DNA from: Macrostomum lignano
Lineage: Eukaryota
Reading direction: 5' to 3'
Assembly (NCBI GenBank): GCA_002269645.1
Contig: NIVC01002257.1
Span: 124,001 to 188,000 of the forward strand
DNA length: 64,000 nucleotides
Positions 49,923 through 62,788 of this stretch are shown here, one piece after another. The notes below the pieces were generated by a model. It made no database searches. It was not told the origin of the DNA and was given only the letters and a program-made list of their open reading frames with translations. How positions within the stretch are numbered: the first letter of the stretch is position 1; every line of letters starts with the position of its first letter. A program made the translations under genes and the position numbers.

Positions 49923-50613
49923 CGCTCATCTCTCCGCCAGTCTCATCCGTTACAACCAGACCGGCGTTTACCAGCTCAGAGAATCTGGCACCGTCCGATC
50001 CCAGCAGTCCGACAGCCGCAGATTTTGGCTCCGGCCGGGCCCGCAGGCGTCGACTATCCAGCAAGCTGTGCGTCCGGCCGCCCGCCAGGCTGTACACCGC
50101 TCGCAGAGCCAATCGGTGCCTCAGTGGCTCGGTCGCCGACAGTCCTCGCAGCTGATCCAGCAACTTGGTCAAGTTTGCAAGCAGCGCGGACGTCGTCGAG
50201 GCCGATGGCGGCAGTCGATCACAGGCGGCGCGGGCCCGGCGCAGAGCAGCGGTCAGAGCCGGCGAGTAGCGGCCCTTCTCCAGACGGGACACGTCGCAAG
50301 CTAGTCCGGACAGGTTCGAAGCTACAGAGTTCAACTCCCGAGCCAGCGTCCCCTGCGTCGGGGGCTGCCATCGTCGACAGTCGCTGCCGGTCACGCCGCC
50401 GCCGATGTTGATCCCATTGTCCGGCGGCACCGGCAGGACGGAGCTCTCGGTGATGTTGGTAGCGTTAGCATCGCCAGCGATTTCGTCGGGACCGGCGTCT
50501 ATGCTGAGGCTGCTCAGGCAGATGCTGCAGGGCACGCTCATGTCCGGGTCGTCGATGAGGCGCTTCTCAAACAGCGAGCGGGACTCGCTACCAGGTGGTG
50601 ATTTGAACTCCAC
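49923..50613 (-). CDS. Secreted protein exon 3
   Basis: Acceptor ttggtttgtcag (phase 0), donor g|gtaaga (phase 1), GC-rich open frame. Confidence 0.75.
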
Positions 50614-50700
50614 CTGACAAACCAAAGGGAGTGCCGTCAGCTTTATAGTACTTCAAAGGCTATGATAAAGAGCCCAGCTCCTCCCCCATTAAGTCGTCAC

Positions 50701-51034
50701 CTTCAGCGGGAAGCGATCGAGTCTCGACGGTGCGCCAGTGATTTTAACGGAGCGCCTGTCGGTGTCGCGCAGGTCCATGACGCAGGTCAGCTTAGACAGC
50801 AGCAGGTGCCGCACCTGGCTTGGAGCAATTGGCAGTCCGTATTTTAGCACGGCTCGTTTGGCTAGCAGTTCCGAGTCCTCCTTGGTCTTCAGCTGCATCA
50901 TCATGTAGAAGCCGGTGTCAGTGAAGTGGAACACCTTCTTGCTGGTGTTGAACCCCGTGGCAGACAGAGCTTCGGACTTGATTATGCGAGGATCGCCAAC
51001 CGTTGCCCATAGCAACTGGGGCGCGATATCAGAC
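50701..51034 (-). CDS. Secreted protein exon 2
   Basis: Acceptor ctcccctag (phase 2), donor aag|gtgacg (phase 0). Confidence 0.72.
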
Positions 51035-51774
51035 CTAGGGGAGTATGTATTGGTCTAGGAAGTAGAATCCTTGATCTTGTAAGACTTGAAGGACTATAAC
51101 AAAATTTAAATTCAATGGAGCCCAGTAAATTAATCCCAGTTAGAGGATTTTAGAAAGCCTGAGAGGTACGAGCGTACCAGCGTGTTTGCAAATTATCTAT
51201 CTAGATATTTCTCTGTCCGCTCCATGAAGTCTGTTACTGCACCCGTTAGGCTTGTGACCTGACATCACCGCCATCGAATGGATTGTATGAAAAAAGACGT
51301 TTTGCTTTATCTTCTACCCATCTGCCGCGAGTAATATCAAAATCATTGAATCGAGTAAAAACAAAAACAGGCCAGTGTACTTCGGAGCAGGATTGGAAAG
51401 GGTCAGAGTGTCTTCTCTGCATCTTTCATTCTATCTATTCAACTCAATGGATGAGATTGTCTTTCTTTCAGCTCTCACTCTCTTCTGCGTACTGTTGTCA
51501 GGCAACGGCTACGGGTCGGGGGGGGCCTCAGTGGCGCGATTTTCTCGTCTCATCCAAGGCACACACGCAGTGGGCTCGTGCTGCAGCACTTCGTTGTCAA
51601 ATTTTGCAGTAGCGTATCACTGCATATCATATCTACTAAGATATCTATAGCTAAACAAGCGCAGTTAGGAGCAGTAGAAAGAACAGAGTAATTAGAATGG
51701 AGCGAAGTCTAAAGGAAGTGCATTGCAGTTGAGACCAGGACATTAGATTTGCTCATTGCAATAATACCATTTAC

Positions 51775-51956
51775 CTGTTAGTAGCCAACAAAGCCTCATT
51801 GGTCGTGGCCCTGTAGCCTTTGATAGTGACCTCGCCGTCCTTTGTCCGTTTAGTCGCTATTAGGTCGGGCAGGCCCAGCTCAAAGTGCACAGCCAGGCTG
51901 GCTAGAGGGCCGCTAAGCAAGAGCAGCAGAGGTAAAACAGTGGTTTCAATGGCCAT
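51775..51956 (-). CDS. Secreted protein exon 1 with signal peptide (total 573 aa)
   Basis: MAIETTVLPLLLLLSGPLASLA signal-like start, donor ag|gtaaat. Exons 182+334+691+515 = 1722 nt, in frame. Confidence 0.72.
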
Positions 51957-53080
51957 TGCACACCTGCCGTTTTCCTCCTGCCTCTGTTGCTGGTCAACAT
52001 TTTTACTTTATCACTTTTCGCACCGAGTTTCAATGGCGATTTTAACTGTACTTGGCATCGTGACTGAGACCGGAAGTTAAAAATTAGATTAAATGTGCAT
52101 TAATCGCGAGCCTTAATCAGCTTTCCATCGACAAACAAGCATGCATCTTCTATATGCATATGTACAACTTTACAGTTCTTAGAATTTTATGGAGTTTATC
52201 ACGCTTTGGCCCTTAAGATTTTCGTTACGCGCTTCACTCATTTCAGCTTCGCTTTCAGGCGCACAATTTTGTCTAGCATTTGGTAAATATCGTTTGACGC
52301 AAATGAACAGCGAGGCTTTCAAGTTTTATGCATTGTATCCCAAAAAACAACTTGAACGTGTGGCGCCACTTGAGCTGCAGTAGATGACAGTTTCAGTAGT
52401 TGATTATTCTTTCGGAAAAACCGCGCAGCTCAGCAAAATTTTCTGTCCGAGGGCTTAGAAACTCCATGCATAGAGAGACACTACTAGATGTAATCTAAGA
52501 ATTCTTACAGTGCGTCTGGTCGTAGTGCTGGCAAACAGAAGCCTTTCGTTCTCGTCTCAGTAAGTCGCGCGCAGTTTAACTGTCTTATTGAGCATAAAAG
52601 CACCAATCCAGTCTCTACAAGTATAAGGAAGATTTCTGCTTGAGGCTAAACAGAAAAGTAGCGAAAGAGCAACTACTGATGAAGTCTTGTGGGCCCTGCT
52701 GTTACTCGTAATTGTCAGTTTGTTACTTAAGTCACACCAGTCGCTTTTTTTAATTGATACATTGAGCTTTACGAAACGAAATCAAATTTCCATGCAATTT
52801 CACAGTGTACTTTGTACGAGTTTCTGAGATCAAAACATTAAATTCTTTGTTTTAACTCATTCCTCTCGAATCTCGAAAGAAATTTTCATTATCATTTATT
52901 TCTCCAAGGACTACTAAAAAGTTCCATTTGGCTTCTTTAATTTGTTGTCGCTAAAATTTTCGTTTATCCTTTCTCTATTCTATTTCTATTTTTCTATTTC
53001 TTTTCTATTCTATTTCTTAAAAAATCTTAATACTATCAAGTATGCTCGTAATATTGATAACAGACACTATTTTGTATCGC

Positions 53081-53987
53081 CAGGGGCGCCATCGCTACAC
53101 AAGGGGCGCGATTGCTATCCAAAGGGTGCCGTCGCTTTTCAAGGGACGCGATTGCTATCCAAAGGGTGCCGTCGCTTTTCAAGGGACGCGATTGCTATCC
53201 AAAGGGTGCCGTCGCTATTCAGGGGGCGCGATTGCTATCCAAAGGGTGCCGTCGCTATTCAGGGGGCGCGATTGCTATCCAAAGGGTGCCGTCGCTATTC
53301 AAGGGGCGCGATTGCTATCCAAAGGGTGCCGTCGCTATTCAAGGGACGCAACTGCTATCCAAAGGGTGCCGTCGCTATTCAGGGGGCGCGATTGCTATCC
53401 AAAGGGTGCCGTCGCTATTCAGGGGGCGCGATTGCTATCCAAAGGGTGCCGTCGCTATTCAGGGGGCGCGATTGCTATCCAAAGGGTGCCGTCGCTATTC
53501 AGGGGGCGCGATTGCTATCCAAAGGGTGCCGTCGCTATTCAGGGGGCGCGATTGCTATCCAAAGGGTGCCGTCGCTTTTCAGGGGGCGCGATTGCTATCC
53601 AAAGGGTGCCGTCGCTATTCAGGGGGCGCGATTGCTATCCAAAGGGTGCCGTCGCTATTCAGGGGGCGCGATTGCTATCCAAAGGGTGCCGTCGCTATTC
53701 AGGGGGCGCGATTGCTATCCAAAGGGTGCCGTCGCTATTCAGGGGGCGCGATTGCTATCCAAAGGGTGCCGTCGCTTTTCAGGGGGCGCGATTGCTATCC
53801 AAAGGGTGCCGTCGCTTTTCAGGGGGCGCGATTGCTATCCAAAGGGTGCCGTCGCTTTTCAGGGGGCGCGATTGCTATCCAAAGGGTGCCGTCGCTATTC
53901 AAGGGACGCGATTGCTATCCAAAGGGTGCCGTCGCTATTCAAGGGACGCTATCCAAAGCGCGCCATCGCTATTCAAGAGGGCGCCAG
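53081..53987. repeat. 40-bp minisatellite (two related 20-mers), about 22 copies
   Basis: Unit gattgctatccaaagggtgccgtcgctattcagggggcgc; stop-free in all three plus frames. Confidence 0.97.
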
Positions 53988-55409
53988 CCCAGAAGCACCT
54001 TTCTAGGTTTTCCTTATTGCTTTGGTGAATTTAGTAACATATTAGAGATTTAGTATATTGTGAATATATGTAAGTTCAATAGAAATACTCAACAGGTGAG
54101 CAGCAGAGCTCTCAGACTAAAGTAACATATGGCAGAATACAAAAATGAAGACCTTTTCTATTAAAAATACAACAGTGACAGGATCGGGAATTTTCAATAA
54201 GCCAGACAAAGTTAATTAAAATAACTCACTGAAAGAAAAAGAGGGTAACGACAGACGCGCAATAATTACTCAAGAACACTAAAGTCGTGCTTGTAGAAGC
54301 AATGAAGTGATTGATATCCAGAGCTTTTACGAGCAATTCTATGTGGGTAACCAGCTGTGTGCTTTAAAATACAACTACTTGCTCAGTAAAAGTATTAGAA
54401 GTATTATCCCTTAATTTCCCAGATCCGCTATAGTTTTAACAAAGGCAGTTAACAAAATTACTGCTGCATGAGCATCAGAACGTGAATAAATAGCAATAGA
54501 AGTTTCAGTTAGCAAAGTTAAAAATATTAATGTCATTACGCTCGTAAAAAAGATTAAAACACAGACATATATTCTTTGCATATTACTGCGAACAACTGTC
54601 GCTGCAGATAAGTTACAGCATTGGAGCAGAGCAGCCTATCGGTTAACAGTCCTAGTCCTAGCTCTAAAGCCACACCAAATTGGCCCAGGGCTTTTTGTCG
54701 CGCGAATCACAACCACGAGGGCCAAACCCCAGGGCACAAGACTGTACATGCCTGATGATGAGAAAGTCAGGACCGCTGTAAACCCTGTGTGAGAGTGTGT
54801 GAGTGCTTTCCTGATCGCGTATGCATTTTGCCCAGCGCAGATATCATTCCATTATACTGTTCCGCCTATAATAATAATTGTGGTAGAGCAGTCACATGAC
54901 GAAATTTGTATACAGGGTAGATTTACACATTGGGAGCGATTGGGAAATAATGGTGAAAAATACTTGCTATCTTGTCTGGGTGAAAGTACGTATTATACAA
55001 TGCTGGTTTGGGACAATGTCTTCGAAGGCGTCGCCCTCGTGCAAATATTATTAATGAGATACATAAAAAGAAATAATTTTTTAATCAGCGGATTATTGCG
55101 GATTTAAAAAAGCCTTACCACCAATAAACAAAGATTATAAGTAATAATGTGAGGGGCTATACAGAGCTGAGCAGGAAAACGTTGACACGATCTGTGCTTT
55201 CTGTAGATTTATGTAGATTAGGGCCTAATTCAGCCTACTGGGAAGAAAAATATAAGCATAAGTTGTTATACTAATGTATATTATTTTTAATAAGGCGCGC
55301 AGTATTTTCAAATAGGAGATTTATGCTGACCAATTATGTCCACAAGCCTGAGTGTTACTGGCCTTCCGATGTTTGTTTGGCTTTCTGGAAAAATGCGAAA
55401 TTATTACAT

Positions 55410-56720
55410 TTAGTCAGTGTTACCATTTTTTCGCAAGAATATATCAAATACTTCGAATAATCCTTTGCTCACCTTTATGGTAGGAGCAGATTCAGGAGTA
55501 TTTTCTGGGTTAGTACAGAAGCACGCCAAGTAATCTTGAATATGCTTTCTGATAGCGAAACTCCTGGGAATGTAAGTTGGCTGAAAGCTTTGCATGGCAG
55601 CCCTGACATCGAAGAATATATGGCCAACGACGAAGATTCCTTTGTAGGCGTCTTTTTCAACACGAGCTCTTTGCTTGATTCCCTCGCAAAGAAATTTCTT
55701 CCTTTCGTCACAAGTGCACGCCATTGTCCTGAATATGTCATACTCATTGACTCCTGTCGACTGCATGCCACTCGAGCACCAAAACTGCACTCTTTTCTCC
55801 TTGCAGCGTTTCCCATCGCAGTTGTAAATAATTGCTGTCAGCACTCTTCCCTCCGTCGGTTGACACGGCTGGCACTTTTCCGCTAAGCCTTGAAGCATTA
55901 CTGAACTTGATGCGGGGCTTGAGTCCATGGAGCTGTCGCCTCGCGAGTAGTGTAAGATGTCGCTCTGCCTGTCCGAGTAAGTTTTCACCGACGCTAGCAG
56001 AGATTTCCGGTTTTTATAGCGATCCGATTCCGATTCATGCAGCGAGAAGTCAAACTGTATCTCGATTTGCTTATACCGCTTGTATCTGAAGCCGATCGGA
56101 GCCACCTCATTTCCTGTGTCATCACTAAATGGAATACGCTCGTGGCAGCACGTTTCAATGAGGCACAGATACTCGCTCAGTAGTGTTTCTGGGTTGAGTT
56201 TTGCCTTTTTATTACGGCTAGATACTTCAGAAACTTTTCGCTTCATAGCAAAGAACTCCACCAGGCATGGAATTTCAATGCATGCATTGGCTTTCACAAC
56301 TGAATCAAGTGAGCCAGCTGCGTCACAAAGGGTCAGGTAGAGAAGCGCATTGTGCACAGGCTCGTTTTTCAGTGCCCGCGACGGCTCCAAGAAAATTTTT
56401 CCCAATTCTGCATCGGGATCAACAAAAATTTCCCAGGACTCCTCCTTCGGTGATTTTGATACTCGGTGTTTAGATGTCCGGTTTGGTCCTGGCTGTGTTT
56501 CTGAGCTCGGTTCGCAGGCAAAGCGCAGTAACTCATAGATGCAGTCTGAGTAGCGGTCCTTGCCTTCTAAGTTCAGCCCACTGTAGCACAGTATTGTCAG
56601 CAGAGCCAGCCGCAGCCTCAGCCGATGCAGCTGACTCGGCAGCAGGCTCTGTCTGATGCTCACTTCTTTGGTTAACTTTGTCAGAAAGAATTCGGCGATC
56701 CAGTTTTGGAGTTCCTCAGC
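55410..56720 (-). CDS. 758-aa orphan protein, exon 3
   Basis: Acceptor attttcag, phase 0 (AEELQNWIAEFF), long open frame to stop at 55410. Confidence 0.72.
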   Translation of the reverse strand, partial: AEELQNWIAEFFLTKLTKEVSIRQSLLPSQLHRLRLRLALLTILCYSGLNLEGKDRYSDCIYELLRFACEPSSETQPGPNRTSKHRVSKSPKEESWEIFVDPDAELGKIFLEPSRALKNEPVHNALLYLTLCDAAGSLDSVVKANACIEIPCLVEFFAMKRKVSEVSSRNKKAKLNPETLLSEYLCLIETCCHERIPFSDDTGNEVAPIGFRYKRYKQIEIQFDFSLHESESDRYKNRKSLLASVKTYSDRQSDILHYSRGDSSMDSSPASSSVMLQGLAEKCQPCQPTEGRVLTAIIYNCDGKRCKEKRVQFWCSSGMQSTGVNEYDIFRTMACTCDERKKFLCEGIKQRARVEKDAYKGIFVVGHIFFDVRAAMQSFQPTYIPRSFAIRKHIQDYLACFCTNPENTPESAPTIKVSKGLFEVFDIFLRKNGNTD

Positions 56721-56820
56721 CTGAAAATATTTACAAATTCATGGATTTCAACATGCACAGAAAATTTTATTCCACCTGAACTCATGAACCTTCTGCACTG
56801 CAGTGAAGCTGAGCACTTAC

Positions 56821-56854
56821 CTGTTTATTAGGTTCCGTGTGTTCTTCGTTGTAG
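56821..56854 (-). CDS. 758-aa orphan protein, 34-nt microexon
   Basis: gtttcag|ctacaacgaagaacacacggaacctaataaacag|gtaagt converts phase 2 to phase 0, which is required to join exons 1 and 3. Confidence 0.7.
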
Positions 56855-56961
56855 CTGAAACGTTAAGATATCAAAATTTTTCAGTATGCATGATTTCTTA
56901 ATTGCATTCTAATTTTCAGTATGACAGCAATTGCTGTGTTGCATTTATAAATCAGACTTAC

Positions 56962-57893
56962 CTGAAGAAACAAAGTGTAGCAGCGCAGGGAATGAGAACG
57001 AACTGAACAATTTCTGTTTGATCTTCTGTCGACTGATTTTCCTTGCTCTTGTCATCAAGAAGTTTCACAACTTCAATTAAAGGTGCTCCATAAAGCTGCT
57101 CAGCGGGCAGCTGGTGTATTTTTAGTGATTCGGAGTAGAGATGCTCTTCGGCTCGTTCTTTATAGGTTTTAGCCAAATCGATATAGGTGTCTGTCTCGTC
57201 ATAGAGCAAGCAGACCGGCATTTTGTACAGAGCAGGCAGTTTTTTAGGTATTGCTCTGCTGCACTCAATCATGGTACCAAAGGTCAAGAAATTCCCGTGA
57301 TTTACCTTCTGTGGTTCATTCGACTGCATGAGCTTTGCACAGAACAGGCCGAACCAGGCCAAAAACTTCTTCATTGTTTCACCATTTTTTCCAGAGAAAA
57401 TGTCGACAATAGAGTCAGGTTTGCAATTTATCACAATTTCCTTACATTTTCCTGCGTAAAAAAGCCGCAACGCCAAGTTGCACAGATCGTTGAGCAAAAC
57501 GGTGGTCTTGGCTCGGTCTTTTTCACTTGTCCTGTCGTAGTTATTTACACTCAGTGTATATATGCATAGTGGATGGAGGGGAGCCATCCAGTGAGTCGCG
57601 AAAGTTTTAGATTTAGATCCTGGGAAGAAAGTTTGCTTAATCTTCTCTTTAGTTTTGCATTGTTTGGCCTTACCATTTTCAGGAGACTCGCAAGCAATAA
57701 TAATAATCATGTCGTCAGCAGCTCCTTGATCGAAGGAAACTTTCAATGGATCAGCTTTAATTCCGGTAGCATTCCTTGTTCGGTTGCACACTGCATTTCC
57801 GAGTGCTAGCAGTGATCGAATTCTCAATTCTTGGGCTCTCCGTATCTGTTCTGAGGCTCTTTTGCTGTCAGCAACTTCTTTTGATTCAGCCAT
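56962..57893 (-). CDS. 758-aa orphan protein, exon 1
   Basis: ATG 57893 (MAESKEV), donor ag|gtaagt. 932+34+1311 = 2277 nt, in frame. Confidence 0.72.
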
Positions 57894-58304
57894 GAACTGT
57901 TTACGCCTATTCAACTACATGTATTTCTATTGCTTGAATTTCTAAACCTGCAAATACTTGAAGCTTTAAAGTGTTTTAAGATGCTGGGTTTTACGAGCTA
58001 ATTGCCTGGCAGGAATATGTGCATGTTTGGATGGATGGAACTAGCTTTCATTGGATGGATTCCGTGTTGACTGACTGGATTGATTCTGCCGAATTAAACC
58101 TGGCAAGAAAGCATTTTCGAATATACGAGGCGTATTTCAAGAAGACTAGCTCATAGTTTCCTCCAGTCTAGGGGTGGACATGCAGTGCATTCTTACTTGG
58201 ACAGGAAATTTAATATTAATTTAGCCAGCAACTTCTACACCCATCATCTATCTCTGGTAGTTCAGTGCGCTATTCCACTGTATTTTGACTAAAATTTTCG
58301 GTTC

Positions 58305-58981
58305 ATGGCATCCGCAGATAGTACCAGTGCTGAAGCCGACGTTTCAAATGTTGAAGCAGAATCAAAGAGAAAAGCCGAACTAGAAGCCGTGTGTGTGATG
58401 GCAGCCGAAGGGTCTCTCAGAGAGCTGAAGTTGAAGATTGAAAGCGGAGCGACGATCGACCGCTTCATGAAAGAGTCGATCGATGGAAGAACGGCGCTAC
58501 ACTGCTGCGCAGCAGCATCGGTGACAGAAGTTCTGGTGAGCACTCAGCTGCACACCCGAATTGCAGAAATTCTGCTCCAAAACGGTGCTGACGCTTTCGC
58601 CAGAGACAAGGATGGCCGATCGGCCCTACACCTGGCAGTGATGTCGTCCAACCCGAGCCTGGTAGACCTGCTACTGACAGCACGTCCTGGCAATCCGAAC
58701 ATCCAGGACATTCGTAGATCTTGGACTCCATTGATGTATGCTGCCAAATGCAAATCATCGACAATAACAAAACTTCTTCTGAAGAACGATGCGAGACACG
58801 ACATCGCCGACAAGGACGGAAACACTGCTCTCATCATCGCGGCAGAGAACCGCAACACGGAAGTTTTTAAACTGCTCGTGAAGCGCGGTGCAGACTTGGA
58901 TCACCGCAACAACAGTGGCGATTCAGCAAAGAGCATTGCCTCCGATCAAAGATGGGAACTCATGAAGAAATGGATTCAAGA
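58305..58981 (+). CDS. Ankyrin-hairpin fusion gene (member C), exon 1: about 6 ankyrin repeats
   Basis: GRTALH, GRSALHLAV, TPLMYAA, GNTALIIAA repeats. The apparent stop gag taa overlaps a perfect donor ga|gtaagt. Confidence 0.85.
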
Positions 58982-59065
58982 GTAAGTTAAAAAGGACTCG
59001 TGTGCTTTTTAGACCACAAAGACAAACAAAACTAAAACTCGGAAAACAATTTACTTTTCATGCAG

Positions 59066-59096
59066 GTATCTTCGTCTCGCTAACAATCAGGAGATG
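59066..59096 (+). CDS. Member C, 31-nt microexon (E|YLRLANNQEM)
   Basis: ttacttttcatgcag|gtatcttcgtctcgctaacaatcaggagatg|gtaagt; phase 2 in, phase 0 out. Confidence 0.7.
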
Positions 59097-59279
59097 GTAA
59101 GTTATCTATCATGCCTTTTCAAGTGAATATTAAACGCAGAAGGCAAACAGACTATATAGGATAAGAAAGAGAGCCTTAAAGCGTTTGGCTTTAAGCTACT
59201 CTTCCTCTAATCGACTACATAAGTAATCGTTTAGCTGGGGTACGAACAACAACAACAAAAAAACAACAGCGAGTTATAA

Positions 59280-60790
59280 CAGGCAAAGATAATGCTGCAG
59301 AGCACGTTTCAGGGCCTGGGTGCGAACGTACGAGCTAGTCCGGGGGATCGGCATCAGCCAGAAGGCACGGCGCGGATGATGCGGCCTGCCAACTGGAGTC
59401 GCCGACGGCGCAAAGGTTTGCTCGGACCAGACAGGTCGGTGCGGCTGTGTCCACTGGTGGCGGTGACTCGCTCGTAGCCGATTTTGAAGGCCAGCTTGCG
59501 CCGCATCGATCTCCTGTTCGAGCAAGTCCGTCGGCGTCCAGGTTTCGGCGTTGCACCAGACCGCTGAGGTATACGAACTGCTGACAGTGGGGAAGCTTTC
59601 TGACCTGCCCGTCAGGGCCTGGCAGAAAACTGCAGTCTTGATGTCGTCTGGCACACAGAGCACGACGGTCTTCTTCGTGATATCCATCAGACCGACGCCC
59701 GCCGCAACGCTCACCAGCTGGTCCAGCTGTCGCTGGGTGCCATCGACGGTCAAGGAAAAGCATGCTGAGCCGCCTCTCTGGTTTGCGTCGACCCACGCAT
59801 CGCTGCATCACTGCAGCAGGAAGCCGTCGTCGTTAGAAGGGAGAGCAGTCCGCAGCACCCAGTCAAGCACCAGGACGTACAGGAACGGCGCAAGCGTATC
59901 TCTCTGAAGCATCCCAGAGGATGTCTCAAAGAAATCTGACGGGCCTTCCGGTGTCAGCACAGAAGCGCTGGTGTGTCATATAGCGCCTTGACACAAAAAA
60001 CCTGCTGTTCTGGCACTTACAGCCCTCACGACCGAGTCGAAAGCCTTCCTGAAGTCAATAAAGAGAGTAATCAGGTTTGACTAGTGTGTCTGCACCCTTC
60101 CTCGATAATTCAGCGAAGAGCCAGGATATGTACCACTGTGCCGCGATGGAGTTCTGCTCAGGCCGCAAATACGGATCCAGCACGGGGCTGAAACCGCGAT
60201 AGCATCATTCGGTCGAACAGCTTCGTATAGCACGAGGCAGATGCCTCGGTGCTCCTCAATCCGTGCGGTGCCCGGCTTCTTCGGAATAACGACAATGTGC
60301 GCTGTGGTCCATTCGATATGTGCCGCCTCGCCGAAAAGCAGGCGGTTCATCACACTGGGGACCTCGCTGGCCACACAGTGGAGTCGCAGCACCTCGTTCG
60401 GACCCAGCGCTTTGCCGCCTGGAGTATCACAACGTCGGCTCCTTTTTTGCGGGCAACGGCGTCCCCGGCGGCAGTCTCCGATCGTTTGGCAGCAGGGGCG
60501 ATGGTGCGTTGATAATGACGGCGAAGAACTCTCGCAGCTCATTTGGAGTGTCGTCAGCCAGGTTGAGCGGGATGTGCGGCTTCCTCACGGTCAGAGCGTT
60601 GATGACAGACAAGGCTACGCGCCCTTTGGCGTCGGGTCCAGCGGCGTGTTGGTGCGGCAGTTGACGGCGCTCACGAAGACGCACAAGCACGTAGTCGAGC
60701 TTCCTCCTGCAGCCCGCGAAGGTCGGAAGTCTGTCAGACTTGAGTTGAGCTTCGCTCGCCTCAGGACCATTAAATGCACCTCAGACATTC
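59280..60790 (-). mobile_element. Degenerate LINE remnant in the member C intron (same family as 12520-14140)
   Basis: RT motifs IVVIPKKPG..HRGI, FIDFRKAFDSV, GMLQRDTLAPFLYVLVLDWVL. The segment GRVALSVINALT..ELREFF is shared with copy 1. Confidence 0.85.
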
Positions 60791-60870
60791 TAACCACAGA
60801 ATGTAAATTAAACGGCATTTATTATTTACAGATCCTGTGCCTGTGGCAAAGACAGAGTCAGACAGAACCT

Positions 60871-60966
60871 TAGGCATTCAGTGCTGGCTCCTTATCTTTA
60901 CAATCGGCGTGGCCTCATGAGGTAAAACTCGTTTCCATTCCAGATTGCTAATTATAGAACTCCTTG
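60871..60966 (-). mobile_element. Half copy (one TIR plus spacer) of the P-like MITE at 5259
   Basis: Near-identical reverse complement of 5259-5354, ending gaactccttg. Confidence 0.8.
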
Positions 60967-62788
60967 ACATGGAGTCTCGTGTTGGTTGACTAAAGTATGG
61001 AGTGCATGTAATTTCCTCCATGGACTAAAGTCGCATTTAGATTGTCAAAAGCGATACTAAAGCATCACAAGCTGGAATATAGAACTGATGATTATTGCGC
61101 TCCTTTACATGCTTTCAGCCTCTTACGGTATGCTAAAACACAGAAAAGTTTATTTTACGAGCTACGAAAGCACGTGCTAACTAAACAAAATTAACGTAAA
61201 CAAATCTGAACGAATATGATTCATTGTACGAGTACAAACCAGGAAAAATGCGCTAAAGTGAAAGGCACAAATGGGAGGAGAGAAATTCCTTATTTGGAAA
61301 TTTGTTATGAAATGAAGGGCACAGGAGAGTTGCAAATTTTAGCTTAACAAATTCAGACGATAACAGCTATAGCAAAATTTTATTGCATGCTGCTGATGCG
61401 ATATCTTTCCATGGTTGTGATATACAAGCACCATGTGTTTTATAACTCTACGTAGCAACTACTACAATACAAAAGTAGCAGAATTACGCCCTTAACAGTA
61501 CGACAATTTATTCTATCATCTTGTCGAACTTTTTGCTGCACCAGAACGGAACAACGCATGCAGACCCTTTCCCCCGCCAAAACAGCAAGCATTAATAGAT
61601 TATGCCAGAATGATGCGGAATGCAATTTTTCTTTAGCAATACAGGCATTTGGATTTTACGTCTATGCGCTCTACTGCTAGTAGAAGCACGAATCGATTTT
61701 CTTTTATTTCTCAACTGTCTCTCAATCCCTCAATCAGTCCATGAATTCAGTTAGCCAGATCTGCATTCTAGTTGTACACCAGGTAGCAAGCGGTGAATTT
61801 CTTAATACAAGCTACAATGATTTTAATGCAACGTCTATTGTTCTGTACCGTTATAGGCAGCGCAGTGTTTGGCGACACACACAAAAAATCGGTTTAGAAA
61901 ATCATTCGGAGACATCTCCGTGTATCTGAGTTTCTTCAATTAGGCGGGCGCGGGGCGCCATGGGCGCCGCCGATCTCTGTGTGTCCTCAATCTCTAAGGC
62001 GAGGGGCCCGCATATTCCATATATATATAGATATAAATATAGCCGCATGCTCCCAGTCTTTGAAATCGGAGATTCACAATTGAACCTGCATGCTGCGCCA
62101 CGGTCGGGTTGCTCTTTGGTAGATCGAAAGATCGCCGACTTAAAGACCTCTCGGAGGGGAGCCCGCATGTGGGAGGTGGGGTGGACAGGATTCGATAGAA
62201 AAAATCGGTGAACAGCATCATGGGGTATTAAGCTGGCATGCATCGAAAAACACAAACTGTTGCCTTGATGAAATAGCCGCTATAATGTGCCGCAAGCAAC
62301 CCACCCCCCGCGGTGCGCCACTGCCGCCTCGTTTGAGTTGCTTCTTCGTTCGCGCCACCCGCTGTCGGCCTTCCCCAATTTCGTTTCTTCCCAGATTTTA
62401 ATCGGGGATCTTAGTCTTAAGCTCATTAAACCCGAGCCGGTGCACTGACAGTTTAACAAATTTATCATTGGAAGACTGAAGAAGCTTTATTTTAGCGAAA
62501 TCTTTTAAGAACCAAAGCGTGGAGATTTAGTGAATTGGGCGGACGTGCATCTCTTTTTGTTATTATTGTATAGTTACGGTTGCTATGCCAACGGTACTTC
62601 CATCTATATTTCCAACTGGGAGCAGGCATGAGGGGAGAATTATTACAAAACTATGAATTGCGGTAGAAAAATTGTTTGCAAAGCAAAAACTAACTTAACA
62701 CACAGGGCGCACACGCATGAGGTGCATAAAAATCACACTATACATACTCGCAGTACACTCTGGCGTTTGTTTTTCCCCATTATTTCAG

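Noticed and set aside
52942-54053. Three overlapping ORFs of 313-354 aa
   Set aside because: Artefact of a stop-free 40-bp satellite cycling through frames.
58305-58985. Stand-alone ankyrin protein acting as a decoy
   Set aside because: Its stop overlaps a GTAAGT donor and a phase-compatible microexon links it to 62789. One gene is more parsimonious, although a short isoform is not excluded.
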